Shown here piece by piece: positions 9,366-18,534 of a stretch of 25,073 bases of DNA; the first letter of the stretch is position 1, and the number at the start of each line of letters is the position of its first letter. Position numbers and translations under genes: made by a program. The notes under the pieces were generated by a model. That model was not told the origin of the DNA. It ran no database searches and saw nothing but the letters and a program-made list of their open reading frames with translations. This DNA is from a virus (Duplodnaviria > Caudoviricetes): positions 1 through 25,073 of the IMG/VR virus record IMGVR_UViG_3300042997_001175. One strand, written 5' to 3'.

Positions 9366-9963
9366 TTATGGTCCAAGAGGATCAGCCGATGGAACATCAT
9401 CAAGACCTTTCGGCAGTCCAGTTCAAGCAATGGTTATGGGCGCGGCGTCCGGCGGTGTATACTATTTTAAATATGGAGGAATGTCTTCAGCAATCGAATT
9501 AGAATTTCAAAATAATTACTATGAAGGTAAACCGTTTTGTCGTGTGTTTACATCACCCTATAATAGTACAGCAACCGTAAATCGATTAGATTTAAATATA
9601 CCTATGGCAGGATTATTGGTTCAAAGAGATACATTGGATATAAGGGCCGCTGTATATTGGAGTAATTCAATTCTGTATAATACAGTGAGTGGCGTTGGAA
9701 ATAACACAGCAAATAGTGGACATCCATACCGTAGAGTGTTGTTGGGTGGTGCAGGATCTCACGGTTTGTATAATACAAACCAACAATCTTGTAATTGGGG
9801 CGATTCAGTTGGTGCTGTTGGTGCCGGATGGACAGGATCAACATGTGGTTCTTGGCCAAACGCACTTCAATGGGGTACAGGCCAGTCGGGAACTGCAACA
9901 TACACAAATTTAAGCGGAACATGGTCACATTGGATATATTGGGGAGGAACAAATCAATGGTAA
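9355..9963 (+). CDS. Putative lectin-like/fibrinogen-like adhesin (202 aa)
   Basis: The likely start is ATG 9355 (MGINYGPR; GGAG at 9341) rather than 9325. Gly/Trp/Asn-rich and resembles the C-terminal domain of 10101..11936. Confidence 0.6.
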   Translation: MGINYGPRGSADGTSSRPFGSPVQAMVMGAASGGVYYFKYGGMSSAIELEFQNNYYEGKPFCRVFTSPYNSTATVNRLDLNIPMAGLLVQRDTLDIRAAVYWSNSILYNTVSGVGNNTANSGHPYRRVLLGGAGSHGLYNTNQQSCNWGDSVGAVGAGWTGSTCGSWPNALQWGTGQSGTATYTNLSGTWSHWIYWGGTNQW

Positions 9964-10097
9964 AAAATATTTTAGAAAATGTAGAGTATGTTGAACCAGA
10001 TACAACTTTGCCTGTACCTGATGGTATGTGTAAAGACTGTGTAGAATTGGAGTTGTATGAAATGTGCGATGACTGTAAACAACAAATAGCGAAATAA
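9957..10097 (+). CDS. Small acidic protein with two CxxC motifs (46 aa)
   Basis: GGAGG at about 9943, ATG 9957 overlaps the upstream gene end, and the stop is 3 bp before the next ATG. Sequence MVKNILENVEYVEPDTTLPVPDGMCKDCVELELYEMCDDCKQQIAK. Confidence 0.65.
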   Translation: MVKNILENVEYVEPDTTLPVPDGMCKDCVELELYEMCDDCKQQIAK

Positions 10098-10100
10098 ATC

Positions 10101-11936
10101 ATGGCATTAGTACAATCTCCCCAAATAGTAACCAACGGTCTCGCTTTTTACTATGACATGGGCAATCCACAGAAGTCGTGGAAAGGTGCGACTACAACCA
10201 ACTTGATCGATGTAGCAGAGAATTTACTGAGTGCCAATTGGACAAAAGAGGGTGGATTTGGTACAGTTACAGCAAATTATGGAATAGCACCCGATGGTAC
10301 ACAGACTTCCACTAGACTTCAATATTCTAGCGGCTATTTTTATAGATCAACAACAACATCACCAGCAATTACTGCACTAACATCCGGAACAACTATAACA
10401 TTTTCGTGTTGGGTTCGGGGTGTCACCCAACCAGGAAGAGGTATAGGCCTTTGGTCGTATGCAGTTGGAGGAATAGTTACCGCTTCAACACAATCGATTA
10501 ATCAATATTCATGGACTCGGGTATCATTAACTTATACCATTGCGGCTGGAGCAACTTCATTTGCTATTATGTTGGCAGGTGCTCCTAGTAATATATTTCA
10601 AGGTGATATAGAAGTTTGGCGACCCCAACTAGAGGTACAAGGATTTGTTACACCTTATGTTCTTGGCACAAGATCCAACACACAAGCAGTTGTAGACCTA
10701 ACAAATAAAAACACAAACACCGTAAACAGTTTGACTTATGCAAGTGACAATACATTTAGTTTTAATGGATCAAATTCTATAACAGTACCATTTAACTCAT
10801 CAGAATTTACATTTAATAATGGTCAAACAATAATTATATGGATGAAAAATCAATCACCATCAAGTGCAAGAAGAAATCCATATGACCAAGCATATGCTGG
10901 CGCAGGCACCATCACACACGAAAATGATACTGGTTTTAATTATTTCTATGGAACGGGTGGCTCAAATAATTCACCATACACAAATTTATACACTTCGTTC
11001 AATGTAGTAGTAGGAGAAACTGCGATGATATGTTTCACTAGAGACACATCAACCGTTTCTTGTTATAAAAATGGTGTCTTCAGCAACTCTATGGCAAATC
11101 CATATGGTTCTGTTGTTACTGGTACAAACAATATCACTATTGGTAGTGGTTATGCGGGTGGATTTGGCGGATCAATATATGCGGTTCAATTATATAATAG
11201 AGCACTAACCGCAGCAGAAGTACAACAAAACTTTAATGCCATTAAATCAAGATATACCCCGGGGTCGTCAGCAACTAATCCTGCGTTAAATGCTACACAG
11301 ATTAGGTCATTTGATCCGAGCGCATCAGACGGATCATATTGGTACCAACCGTCAGGATATTCCACTCCAATACTATGTTATACAAATTTTTCAACAGCAC
11401 CTGCTGGAAAAGGTTATGTTCTGGTGGCCACCGGAAGGGAGTCCACAAATTGGTGGGACAATGACGGTCAAAATACTGTCGGTCTTGCTGGTGCCACCGG
11501 ACAAAACACTCCAATTTCTGTTGCACCAGGTTCTTTTGTGAACGGATTAATAGGTGGAAACTGGAACTTAATGAAGATGTTAGTAAACCGTATCAATGGA
11601 AACGATTCATGGTATTTTCAAGGTACAACATCTGCAACGTTTAGTTGGGCATATTTCCCGCAGAATGCATCGTCAGTCAACGCATCTGCCACAAAGTATT
11701 CTGGATTATTTAAAAACGGATCTGTATTATTAAATTGGGCGACAGGATCACAGTGGACTGACACACTCAATATTGGCGGCGGCAATGACTGTGACAGAAC
11801 CTTTACTTGGAGTTGGGGTGGGCACGGTTCATGGCAAGGTTGGTCTGGAGGAAGTAGTTGCACTCCAGCAGGAAGTTTTCAAAACGGTGGTGAAGGTCAC
11901 GCAATACAATTAGTGAATTGTTATATAGAGTGTTAA
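10101..11936 (+). CDS. Concanavalin A-like/LamG adhesin with inserted CBM-like domain and C-terminal fibrinogen-like domain (611 aa)
   Basis: P.IVTNGL.FYYDMGN..KSW.G start; T.TFS.WVR...WTRVS.T...QLE carbohydrate-binding-like insert; Y.NG...IG....F.G.I..VQLYNRALTAAEV LamG end; DG.YW....LCY.......GYVLV C-domain. Confidence 0.75.
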   Translation: MALVQSPQIVTNGLAFYYDMGNPQKSWKGATTTNLIDVAENLLSANWTKEGGFGTVTANYGIAPDGTQTSTRLQYSSGYFYRSTTTSPAITALTSGTTITFSCWVRGVTQPGRGIGLWSYAVGGIVTASTQSINQYSWTRVSLTYTIAAGATSFAIMLAGAPSNIFQGDIEVWRPQLEVQGFVTPYVLGTRSNTQAVVDLTNKNTNTVNSLTYASDNTFSFNGSNSITVPFNSSEFTFNNGQTIIIWMKNQSPSSARRNPYDQAYAGAGTITHENDTGFNYFYGTGGSNNSPYTNLYTSFNVVVGETAMICFTRDTSTVSCYKNGVFSNSMANPYGSVVTGTNNITIGSGYAGGFGGSIYAVQLYNRALTAAEVQQNFNAIKSRYTPGSSATNPALNATQIRSFDPSASDGSYWYQPSGYSTPILCYTNFSTAPAGKGYVLVATGRESTNWWDNDGQNTVGLAGATGQNTPISVAPGSFVNGLIGGNWNLMKMLVNRINGNDSWYFQGTTSATFSWAYFPQNASSVNASATKYSGLFKNGSVLLNWATGSQWTDTLNIGGGNDCDRTFTWSWGGHGSWQGWSGGSSCTPAGSFQNGGEGHAIQLVNCYIEC

Positions 11937-11951
11937 ATTAAAGGGTAGTAT

Positions 11952-12329
11952 ATGGCACATTTTGCAAAAGTAGAAAACGGAATCGTCACAAATGTGATTG
12001 TAGCCGATCAAGAATTCATTGATTCTGGTGCAGTTGGAGATCCAACAACTTGGATTCAAACATCATACAACACTTTTGGTGGTACACATCGCACAGGCGG
12101 CACACCACTCAGAAAAAATTATGCAGGTGTTGGATATAATTATTTTGCAGACATTGATGCATTTGTACCGCCAAAACTTTTTGAGAGTTGGATTCTAGAT
12201 ACAGAAGCCGGTCTATGGAAACCACCAATACCTAGACCAGAAAATGGAGAGAATTTAATTTGGGATGAAGACCTTCAGAATTGGAAAGAAGGCGCTAACA
12301 TTCTGCCATCACCAATCGGAGAAGTCTGA
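11952..12329 (+). CDS. Conserved phage protein, putative adhesin chaperone/partner (125 aa)
   Basis: MAHFA....V..VIV...WIQTSYNT...LRKNYAG.GY......DAF.PP.....W.L.....W..P.P.P.....W.E....W, a family I recognise beside glycine-rich adhesins. TGATG overlap with the next gene. Confidence 0.7.
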   Translation: MAHFAKVENGIVTNVIVADQEFIDSGAVGDPTTWIQTSYNTFGGTHRTGGTPLRKNYAGVGYNYFADIDAFVPPKLFESWILDTEAGLWKPPIPRPENGENLIWDEDLQNWKEGANILPSPIGEV

Positions 12330-14776
12330 TGGGTGTATCTTCAGGTCCAAACCTTGTCCGTGACAGTAACTTTCAAGTACACGTTTGTACTGGTTCAGGG
12401 ACTTTTTTACCCAACTTTACAGGAACGGTTGAGGTTCTAGTTGTTGCTGGAGGTGGAGGTGGTGGTATGGACATGGGTGGTGGAGGTGGTGGAGGTGGCG
12501 TACTCACAAGTACAACAGAATCAGTTACAGCAGGAACACCAATCACAGTTACAGTGGGTGCTGGTGGCGTTGGTGCTCCGGCAGGTGGTCCGCCTAATAA
12601 TAATAATTTTCATCAGTTTACAATAGCAGCAACAGCAGGTGGCAATAGTGCATTTGGTGCGCTGGCAACCACTGGAGGTGGTTTTGGTGGCAGTTCAGTT
12701 AACGGTTACACACCAGGTGCTAATGGTGGAAATGGCGGCTCAGGTGGTGGCGCATCAGGTTACGGATCAGGACAGGTCGGTGGAACAGGAATTGCAGGAC
12801 AGGGAAACAGAGGTGGCAATAACGGAGGTGCGTATTACTCCGGCGGTGGCGGCGGATCCTCGGCCGCAGGCACTGACGGTGCAAGCACACCGAATGGTGG
12901 TGCCGGTTTACTGAATAACATTTTAGGTGGCGGCAGAAACTATTATTGGGCAGGTGGAGGTGGAGGTGCAAGCTACAGCAGCGGCGTTGGTGGTAATGGT
13001 GGTGCAGGTGGCGGAGGTGGCGGTTCATCAGGTGGTCTAGGTGACACAACAGGATTGAATCCAGGAAGAAATGCTGGCACAGGTGGTGGTGGAGATTGGG
13101 TTGGTTCTCCTGGAGGTGATGGAGGCATCAGCACGGGTGGCGGTGGCGGTGGCGGTATGCACTATAACAGAAATAATAGGGGCGGAAACGGCGGTTCAGG
13201 CATCGTCATCATACGACACCTTAAATCTCTTGGAACATCCACATTCAATGGTTTAGCTGATAACAGAAGCTCATTGATATTCTCTATGGATCCTGCAAAT
13301 TTAGGAAAAGGATTATCTGTTGAGGTATTAGTAGTCGCAGGTGGCGGCGGTGGTGGTATGGACATGGGTGGCGGTGGCGGTGCAGGAGGTGTAGTGTCTA
13401 GACAGAACCTACAAGTAAACATAAATTCGCCGATGCCTGTCACAATTGGTGCTGGAGGAAATGGCTCACCCGGTACATATGGATCGAGTCCTGTTACTGG
13501 GTTTTCAGGCAATGATTCGGCAATTGGTAATATAATTGCATATGGCGGTGGCGGGGGCGGGTCAGGACATTACATTGATGCGTATGCAACATTCTCAGAA
13601 GGTTCTAGTGGGCGAGGCGGTAGTGCCGGAGGAGATTCACCTGAATATGGCCGAAATAGAGGTATGGGTTCTAATCCTGCACCATTGCCTAATTCTTTGG
13701 ATGCGATTCAAGGACATAGTGGTGGTGCCGCCGGTTGCAATGGCGATGGTTCATACACTGCTGGTGGTGGAGGAGGCGCTTCACGACCAGGTCAAGGTGG
13801 TAGAGGATCCTGGCGTGCAGGAGATGGAGGTGAAGGTTTTCAATCTTCAATAAATGGCACTTCACTTTATTGGGGCGGCGGCGGTGGTGCATCTGCACAC
13901 ACTAATACCGCAGGTGTAGGTGGAGTAGGCGGTGGTGGTGGTGGTTCCGCATATTCTGGTGGTACAGCAGGCGCAGGCGGCGCTGGCTATAATTCCGGAG
14001 GAAGTGGAACTGCTGCAACCAATTCTGCAGGCGGTAATGGGGGCGCTAACTCAGGCGGCGGCGGCGGTGGCGGAACACATGCATACTCCGTTGGTGGAAA
14101 TGGCGGTTCTGGAATAGTTATCGTCAGATATTCAGGAAGTCAAAAAGCCACTGGAGGTACGATAACATCATCTGGCGGTTATACCATACACACTTTCACT
14201 AGCTCAGGAACATTTACACCCACAGAATGGGTCGGTCCCAGAGATTTGAGTGAAATTGGTTCTGCACTCACAGTCAATGGAGCAACATATAGTTCCGATA
14301 ATGGAGGGTGTTATGTATTCGACAATGATATAATTGATACTACTTTTCCAGCAACAACTATTCCAACAAGCACACTTGAGGCAGTAATATATCCAACAGT
14401 AAATGGAAGATACGTTGCCATCATACAAATTAACAGCAATTCAGATGATGCTTTATACATATATCCAGGCAATACATTAGGATTTTGGCCACATAGTGCA
14501 TCATCATTGAGTGTCAATATAAATCAATGGTCATATGTTTGTGCTTCCTATGATGGATCCGGTGTAAGATATTGTGTTAATGGAAATTTTGCTTATGCTG
14601 CCGGCGCATCGGCCGATTTTACAGATTATCAATATCTCAGAATAGGTGGAATATCAACCACCGACGGAGAAAGATTTGTGGGTAAAATATCATTGGCGAA
14701 AGCATATAACCGAGCACTCACAGAATCTGAAATAATCCAAAACTTCAACGCACTCCGTGGTCGTTTCGGAATCTAA
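12329..14776 (+). CDS. Glycine-rich (polyglycine, gp38-like) adhesin with two Gly-rich domains inside a LamG domain (815 aa)
   Basis: Two [13 protein letters not shown]...GGSGIVI.R domains and a C-terminal [20 protein letters not shown] LamG end. Confidence 0.8.
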   Translation: MGVSSGPNLVRDSNFQVHVCTGSGTFLPNFTGTVEVLVVAGGGGGGMDMGGGGGGGGVLTSTTESVTAGTPITVTVGAGGVGAPAGGPPNNNNFHQFTIAATAGGNSAFGALATTGGGFGGSSVNGYTPGANGGNGGSGGGASGYGSGQVGGTGIAGQGNRGGNNGGAYYSGGGGGSSAAGTDGASTPNGGAGLLNNILGGGRNYYWAGGGGGASYSSGVGGNGGAGGGGGGSSGGLGDTTGLNPGRNAGTGGGGDWVGSPGGDGGISTGGGGGGGMHYNRNNRGGNGGSGIVIIRHLKSLGTSTFNGLADNRSSLIFSMDPANLGKGLSVEVLVVAGGGGGGMDMGGGGGAGGVVSRQNLQVNINSPMPVTIGAGGNGSPGTYGSSPVTGFSGNDSAIGNIIAYGGGGGGSGHYIDAYATFSEGSSGRGGSAGGDSPEYGRNRGMGSNPAPLPNSLDAIQGHSGGAAGCNGDGSYTAGGGGGASRPGQGGRGSWRAGDGGEGFQSSINGTSLYWGGGGGASAHTNTAGVGGVGGGGGGSAYSGGTAGAGGAGYNSGGSGTAATNSAGGNGGANSGGGGGGGTHAYSVGGNGGSGIVIVRYSGSQKATGGTITSSGGYTIHTFTSSGTFTPTEWVGPRDLSEIGSALTVNGATYSSDNGGCYVFDNDIIDTTFPATTIPTSTLEAVIYPTVNGRYVAIIQINSNSDDALYIYPGNTLGFWPHSASSLSVNINQWSYVCASYDGSGVRYCVNGNFAYAAGASADFTDYQYLRIGGISTTDGERFVGKISLAKAYNRALTESEIIQNFNALRGRFGI

Positions 14777-14782
14777 TAAATA
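14775..14782 (+). promoter_or_regulatory. Probable T4-type late promoter AATAAATA
   Basis: 7/8 match to TATAAATA, at a gene junction 29 bp before ATG 14812. Confidence 0.55.
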
Positions 14783-14811
14783 CCATTGGTACCAATAAAA
14801 AGAATAACATC

Positions 14812-16050
14812 ATGGCAAACTCAGACAAGAATATTTTAATTAGACCAAGAACTGGATCAACGACAGATGATCCCAGTATTGTATTCACGGGCGCAAACAC
14901 TGCCGGTTTATTTCCAATTACTGTAAGGGCTTTACCCACTTCTAACGGCACATTGTCGTTTGAAGGTTCTGCGGGACAATTGTTCTCTGTCACAAATGAT
15001 ATGACAGGCACAATATTCTCGGTCAATGACGTATCTGGTATACCTTCTATTGAAGTGTTGGACACAGGTGCAGTCAAACTCGCTCAATATTCTGGTAATG
15101 TTTTAGTGGGTGGAACAGCAACTGATGGTGTTTCTAAACTGCAAGTTACAGGTTCTGCAAACGTTTCTTCTCTGCGAGTGCAAGGATTCGGCCAAGTCAT
15201 TAGTAGCGCAGGAACATGGACTGGACCAAATTCAGGTCTTGTTGGCGCCCAGGGTGTCCAAGGTGCTGTTGGTGCTCAGGGTGTCCAAGGTGCTGTTGGT
15301 GCTCAGGGTGTCCAAGGTGCTGTTGGTGCTCAGGGTGCTATCGGCGCACAAGGATCAGTAGGCGCACAAGGTGCTGTTGGCGCCCAGGGTGTCCAAGGTG
15401 CTGTTGGTGCTCAGGGTGTCCAAGGTGCTGTTGGTGCTCAGGGTGTCCAAGGTGCTGTTGGTGCCCAGGGTGCTATCGGCGCACAAGGATCAGTAGGCGC
15501 ACAAGGTGCTGTTGGTGCTCAAGGAGCACAAGGACGTCAAGGTGTCCAAGGTGCTGTTGGAGCACAAGGTGTCCAAGGTGCTGCTGGTGCTGTTGGAGCA
15601 CAAGGTGTCCAAGGTGCTGCTGGTGGTTTTTCTACTGGTTCCAATGCACAAGTAAACTCGCTTGGTGTCGGAACAACAGCATCAGGTACAGCAGGAGAAA
15701 TACGATCAACAAATAACATCACAGCATATTTTTCAGATATGCGTCTGAAAAAACATCTTGGCAAAATTGAAAACGCAATTGATAAACTAATGCAACTTGA
15801 AGGATTTTATTATGAAGTCAACGAGAGAGGACAAAAATTAGGATACAAAGTGCATCGTGAGGTCGGCGTTTCAGCACAAGACGTACAATCCGTTTTACCT
15901 GAAATAGTAAAAGAGGCACCAATAAGTCCGGAATATCTTACTCTAGATTATGGCAGATTGTCGCCGTTAATTATTCAAGCGATCAAAGAACAACAAGCAG
16001 AAATAACAGAAATAAAAAAAGCTATTGAAAAACTGCAACTAAATAAATGA
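14812..16050 (+). CDS. Collagen-like fibre with C-terminal peptidase S74 chaperone (412 aa)
   Basis: 42 G-X-Y triplets, then AYFSDMRLK...GVSAQDV..VLPE...[13 protein letters not shown]. The C-terminus is paralogous to that of the large fibre. Confidence 0.88.
   Translation: MANSDKNILIRPRTGSTTDDPSIVFTGANTAGLFPITVRALPTSNGTLSFEGSAGQLFSVTNDMTGTIFSVNDVSGIPSIEVLDTGAVKLAQYSGNVLVGGTATDGVSKLQVTGSANVSSLRVQGFGQVISSAGTWTGPNSGLVGAQGVQGAVGAQGVQGAVGAQGVQGAVGAQGAIGAQGSVGAQGAVGAQGVQGAVGAQGVQGAVGAQGVQGAVGAQGAIGAQGSVGAQGAVGAQGAQGRQGVQGAVGAQGVQGAAGAVGAQGVQGAAGGFSTGSNAQVNSLGVGTTASGTAGEIRSTNNITAYFSDMRLKKHLGKIENAIDKLMQLEGFYYEVNERGQKLGYKVHREVGVSAQDVQSVLPEIVKEAPISPEYLTLDYGRLSPLIIQAIKEQQAEITEIKKAIEKLQLNK
15244..15621 (+). 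repeat. Collagen repeat, 42 triplets (GAQ GVQ GAV, 27-bp period)
   Basis: Directly visible; contains no Pro or Lys. Confidence 0.95.
16038..16045 (+). promoter_or_regulatory. Possible late promoter variant ACTAAATA upstream of the enzyme cassette
   Basis: Same context as 4273, embedded in the last codons of an S74 fibre gene. Confidence 0.35.
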
Positions 16051-16102
16051 ACGTCGATCCATATACATGGAAATTGCAAACTGATTATATCATGGAACAC
16101 AA

Positions 16103-16810
16103 ATGGAATTTTATAATGATCCTTACCCACATTATGTGATAGATAATTTTGTGGATGATGAAATTGCTCATAAATTGTCAAATGAATTTATGAGCTTTGA
16201 CTCAAATCATTGGTTTAGTTACAGCAATGAAATTGAGATAAAGAAAACAAGTAACAACTGGTACAATTTTCCTGAAGAAACATACAAGTTTTTTCAGTAT
16301 CTGAATTCACCTGCATTTGTACAAAGCCTATCCGACATGACTGGTGTACAACTTATACCAGATCATGGACTACATGGCGCAGGCTGGCATATTCAACCAA
16401 CTGGCGGCAAACTGAATGTTCACCTAGACTACTCCATTCATCCCAAGCTAGGTCTTGAACGCAGATTCAACTTCATATTCTATCTCACGCCGAACTGGGA
16501 CACATCATGGGGCGGTAATCTTGAGATGTGGTCACACAACACAGAAACGAATCAACCAAAAAAGTTGGTAAAAACTGTAGAAAACAAATTCAATCGTGTA
16601 GTAATTTTTGATACGTCATATAATTCATGGCATGGTTTTTCGCAGCCGATAAATTGCCCAGAAGATGTTTACAGAAAAAGTATTGCAATGTATTATCTGT
16701 GTGAGCCATCAGAGAACGCAGCTAAACGAGGTCGTGCATTATTTGTACCAACCGAAGAACAGAAAAATAATCCTGAAATTATGAAATTTATTGAGCAGAG
16801 AGTGAAATGA
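16103..16810 (+). CDS. 2OG-Fe(II) oxygenase (prolyl-4-hydroxylase-like DSBH fold, 235 aa)
   Basis: PYPHYVIDNF start, L..HLD (HxD), YLTP.W...WGG.LE, FNR.VIF....SWHG (distal His) and RKS (2OG-binding Arg). Confidence 0.9.
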   Translation: MEFYNDPYPHYVIDNFVDDEIAHKLSNEFMSFDSNHWFSYSNEIEIKKTSNNWYNFPEETYKFFQYLNSPAFVQSLSDMTGVQLIPDHGLHGAGWHIQPTGGKLNVHLDYSIHPKLGLERRFNFIFYLTPNWDTSWGGNLEMWSHNTETNQPKKLVKTVENKFNRVVIFDTSYNSWHGFSQPINCPEDVYRKSIAMYYLCEPSENAAKRGRALFVPTEEQKNNPEIMKFIEQRVK

Positions 16811-18531
16811 GAAATTGTAAAATCGTAATGACGACTATGTTTAAGAATGAGGCTTCTGTTGTTAGAAGAATGCTTGAATCTTGTTACGAACATATAGATT
16901 TCTGGGTTATACAAGATAATGGATCAACAGATGGCACAGATAAAATAGTCAAGGAATTTTTTGAAGAAAAGAAAATTCCGGGATATTACTATCAAGTTGA
17001 AGAGGGCTGGGTAGGATTTGGATGGAACAGAGATCATTTGACGCGAACTTGTCAAAGCATCAATCATGGATGTGATTGGATTTTGAAAATGGACTGTGAT
17101 GAAATTCTAAAAGTGGACAATGATTTTGATTGGTCTTTACTAGACGATAAGACGCAACATTCATTTCACATACCTGCAGTACAAGACAATTGTGTATACT
17201 ATAGGGCATGGATGTGGAACGCAAATATGCCATGGCGTTTCAATCACGATCCGTGTCATGAAACAATTTATTGTGAGATTGATGGCATCGGAGAAAATTT
17301 CAACAGATTCAATTTACCAATATCGTTCAGGCAAGTTGGATCTACAGAAGGACAAAGCTGGTCAGTACCAACAAAATTTATTAGTGACGCACTTATTCTT
17401 GAAGAAAAGATGATCCGAGAAAACACAGTGTTGTCTGACATGTATCATTTCTGGTATATCGGTAAAAGTTACAATGATTCATATCACAGTAATGCTTTTC
17501 CACTAGGCGAATCTCAAAAGCGAGAATATGCTAGAAGAACAATCTACTACTTTCAGGAATATCTAAACCATACTCATGATTTTGCAACTACGAAAAAAGC
17601 ATTGTGTGTAGATGAAACAGCATATTTAACACTGTTACTGATGGGTGATGCGAACTGGTTTTTATCACACCGAGATGCTGCAATAGAGTGCTATCAATTA
17701 GCTGAACAATTTGCTCCGGAAAGAAATGATCATCTATATCTCTTAGCTGAGAAATATAAGTATACCGATAAATTTGAAGAAATGTTGAAGTATACCACCA
17801 TCATGATGCAGCCTGAGAGAACCAATCCTTTTCCGAAGTACATAAACTATATCGATAAAAGTTTGTATCATGATGGCGGCAATAGAGTTCAGAATCTACA
17901 CAATGAAGCATTAAATCTTGTTATGCAACAAAACAATACAAAAATAGCGCCCATGTTAGTTAATCCATTTAACATAAATCAAAACTTCAACAAAAGAATG
18001 TTTATAGTTGATAACTTTTATGAAGATCCGGATTCCATTAGACAACATGCGCTATCAATGGAATTCAAAGAAGACTTGAGATATTACAAAGGTTCTAGAA
18101 CTACGACACACTTCCATCCAATAGGAATAAAAGAGGCATTTGAATCCATCATGGGTCAGAAACTTATCAAATTTGATGGAGGTATAAATGGTTGTTTTCA
18201 AATAACAACAGCAAAAGATCCTCAAGTTTATCACTATGATCACCAAACTTGGGCTGCGATGATTTATTTGACGCCAGACGCTCCGATAGAGAGTGGCACA
18301 AGATTGCATCGTTCAAAAATTAACGGAGTAAGACATTCAGGTGATGCTTATGTCGATAGTGCATTTACGGGTGGCTTTTTAGACTCAACAAAATTTGATG
18401 TGGTTGATTCTGCGGGTAATATATACAATAGACTTGTTATTATGGACGCAAGATGCATACACTCCGCTGGCCAATATTTTGGACAAAACTTCAACGACGG
18501 CCGACTGATCCATTTATTCTTCTTTGATTAA
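16807..18531 (+). CDS. GT2 glycosyltransferase - TPR-like - 2OG-Fe(II) oxygenase-like fusion (574 aa)
   Basis: KNE..V..RMLES.....D.W...DNGSTDGT, F...R, DWIL.MDCDE and HE (GT-A fold). Helical FWYIG.SY / AIE.Y..A....PER repeats. From about 17995: IVDNFY.DP..IR..AL...HYD...WAA.IYLTP.AP..SGT...N.YNRLV......HSA..YFG.....RL.....F. ATGA overlap with the upstream gene. Confidence 0.85.
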   Translation: MRNCKIVMTTMFKNEASVVRRMLESCYEHIDFWVIQDNGSTDGTDKIVKEFFEEKKIPGYYYQVEEGWVGFGWNRDHLTRTCQSINHGCDWILKMDCDEILKVDNDFDWSLLDDKTQHSFHIPAVQDNCVYYRAWMWNANMPWRFNHDPCHETIYCEIDGIGENFNRFNLPISFRQVGSTEGQSWSVPTKFISDALILEEKMIRENTVLSDMYHFWYIGKSYNDSYHSNAFPLGESQKREYARRTIYYFQEYLNHTHDFATTKKALCVDETAYLTLLLMGDANWFLSHRDAAIECYQLAEQFAPERNDHLYLLAEKYKYTDKFEEMLKYTTIMMQPERTNPFPKYINYIDKSLYHDGGNRVQNLHNEALNLVMQQNNTKIAPMLVNPFNINQNFNKRMFIVDNFYEDPDSIRQHALSMEFKEDLRYYKGSRTTTHFHPIGIKEAFESIMGQKLIKFDGGINGCFQITTAKDPQVYHYDHQTWAAMIYLTPDAPIESGTRLHRSKINGVRHSGDAYVDSAFTGGFLDSTKFDVVDSAGNIYNRLVIMDARCIHSAGQYFGQNFNDGRLIHLFFFD

Positions 18532-18534
18532 ACC

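Noticed and set aside
9355-14776. Diversity-generating retroelement acting on the adhesins
   Set aside because: No reverse transcriptase and no template/variable repeat pair with adenine-specific mismatches was seen in the window. A remote DGR cannot be excluded.
16047-16139. 30-aa ORF overlapping the fibre stop
   Set aside because: It has no RBS, overlaps the oxygenase out of frame and has no motif.
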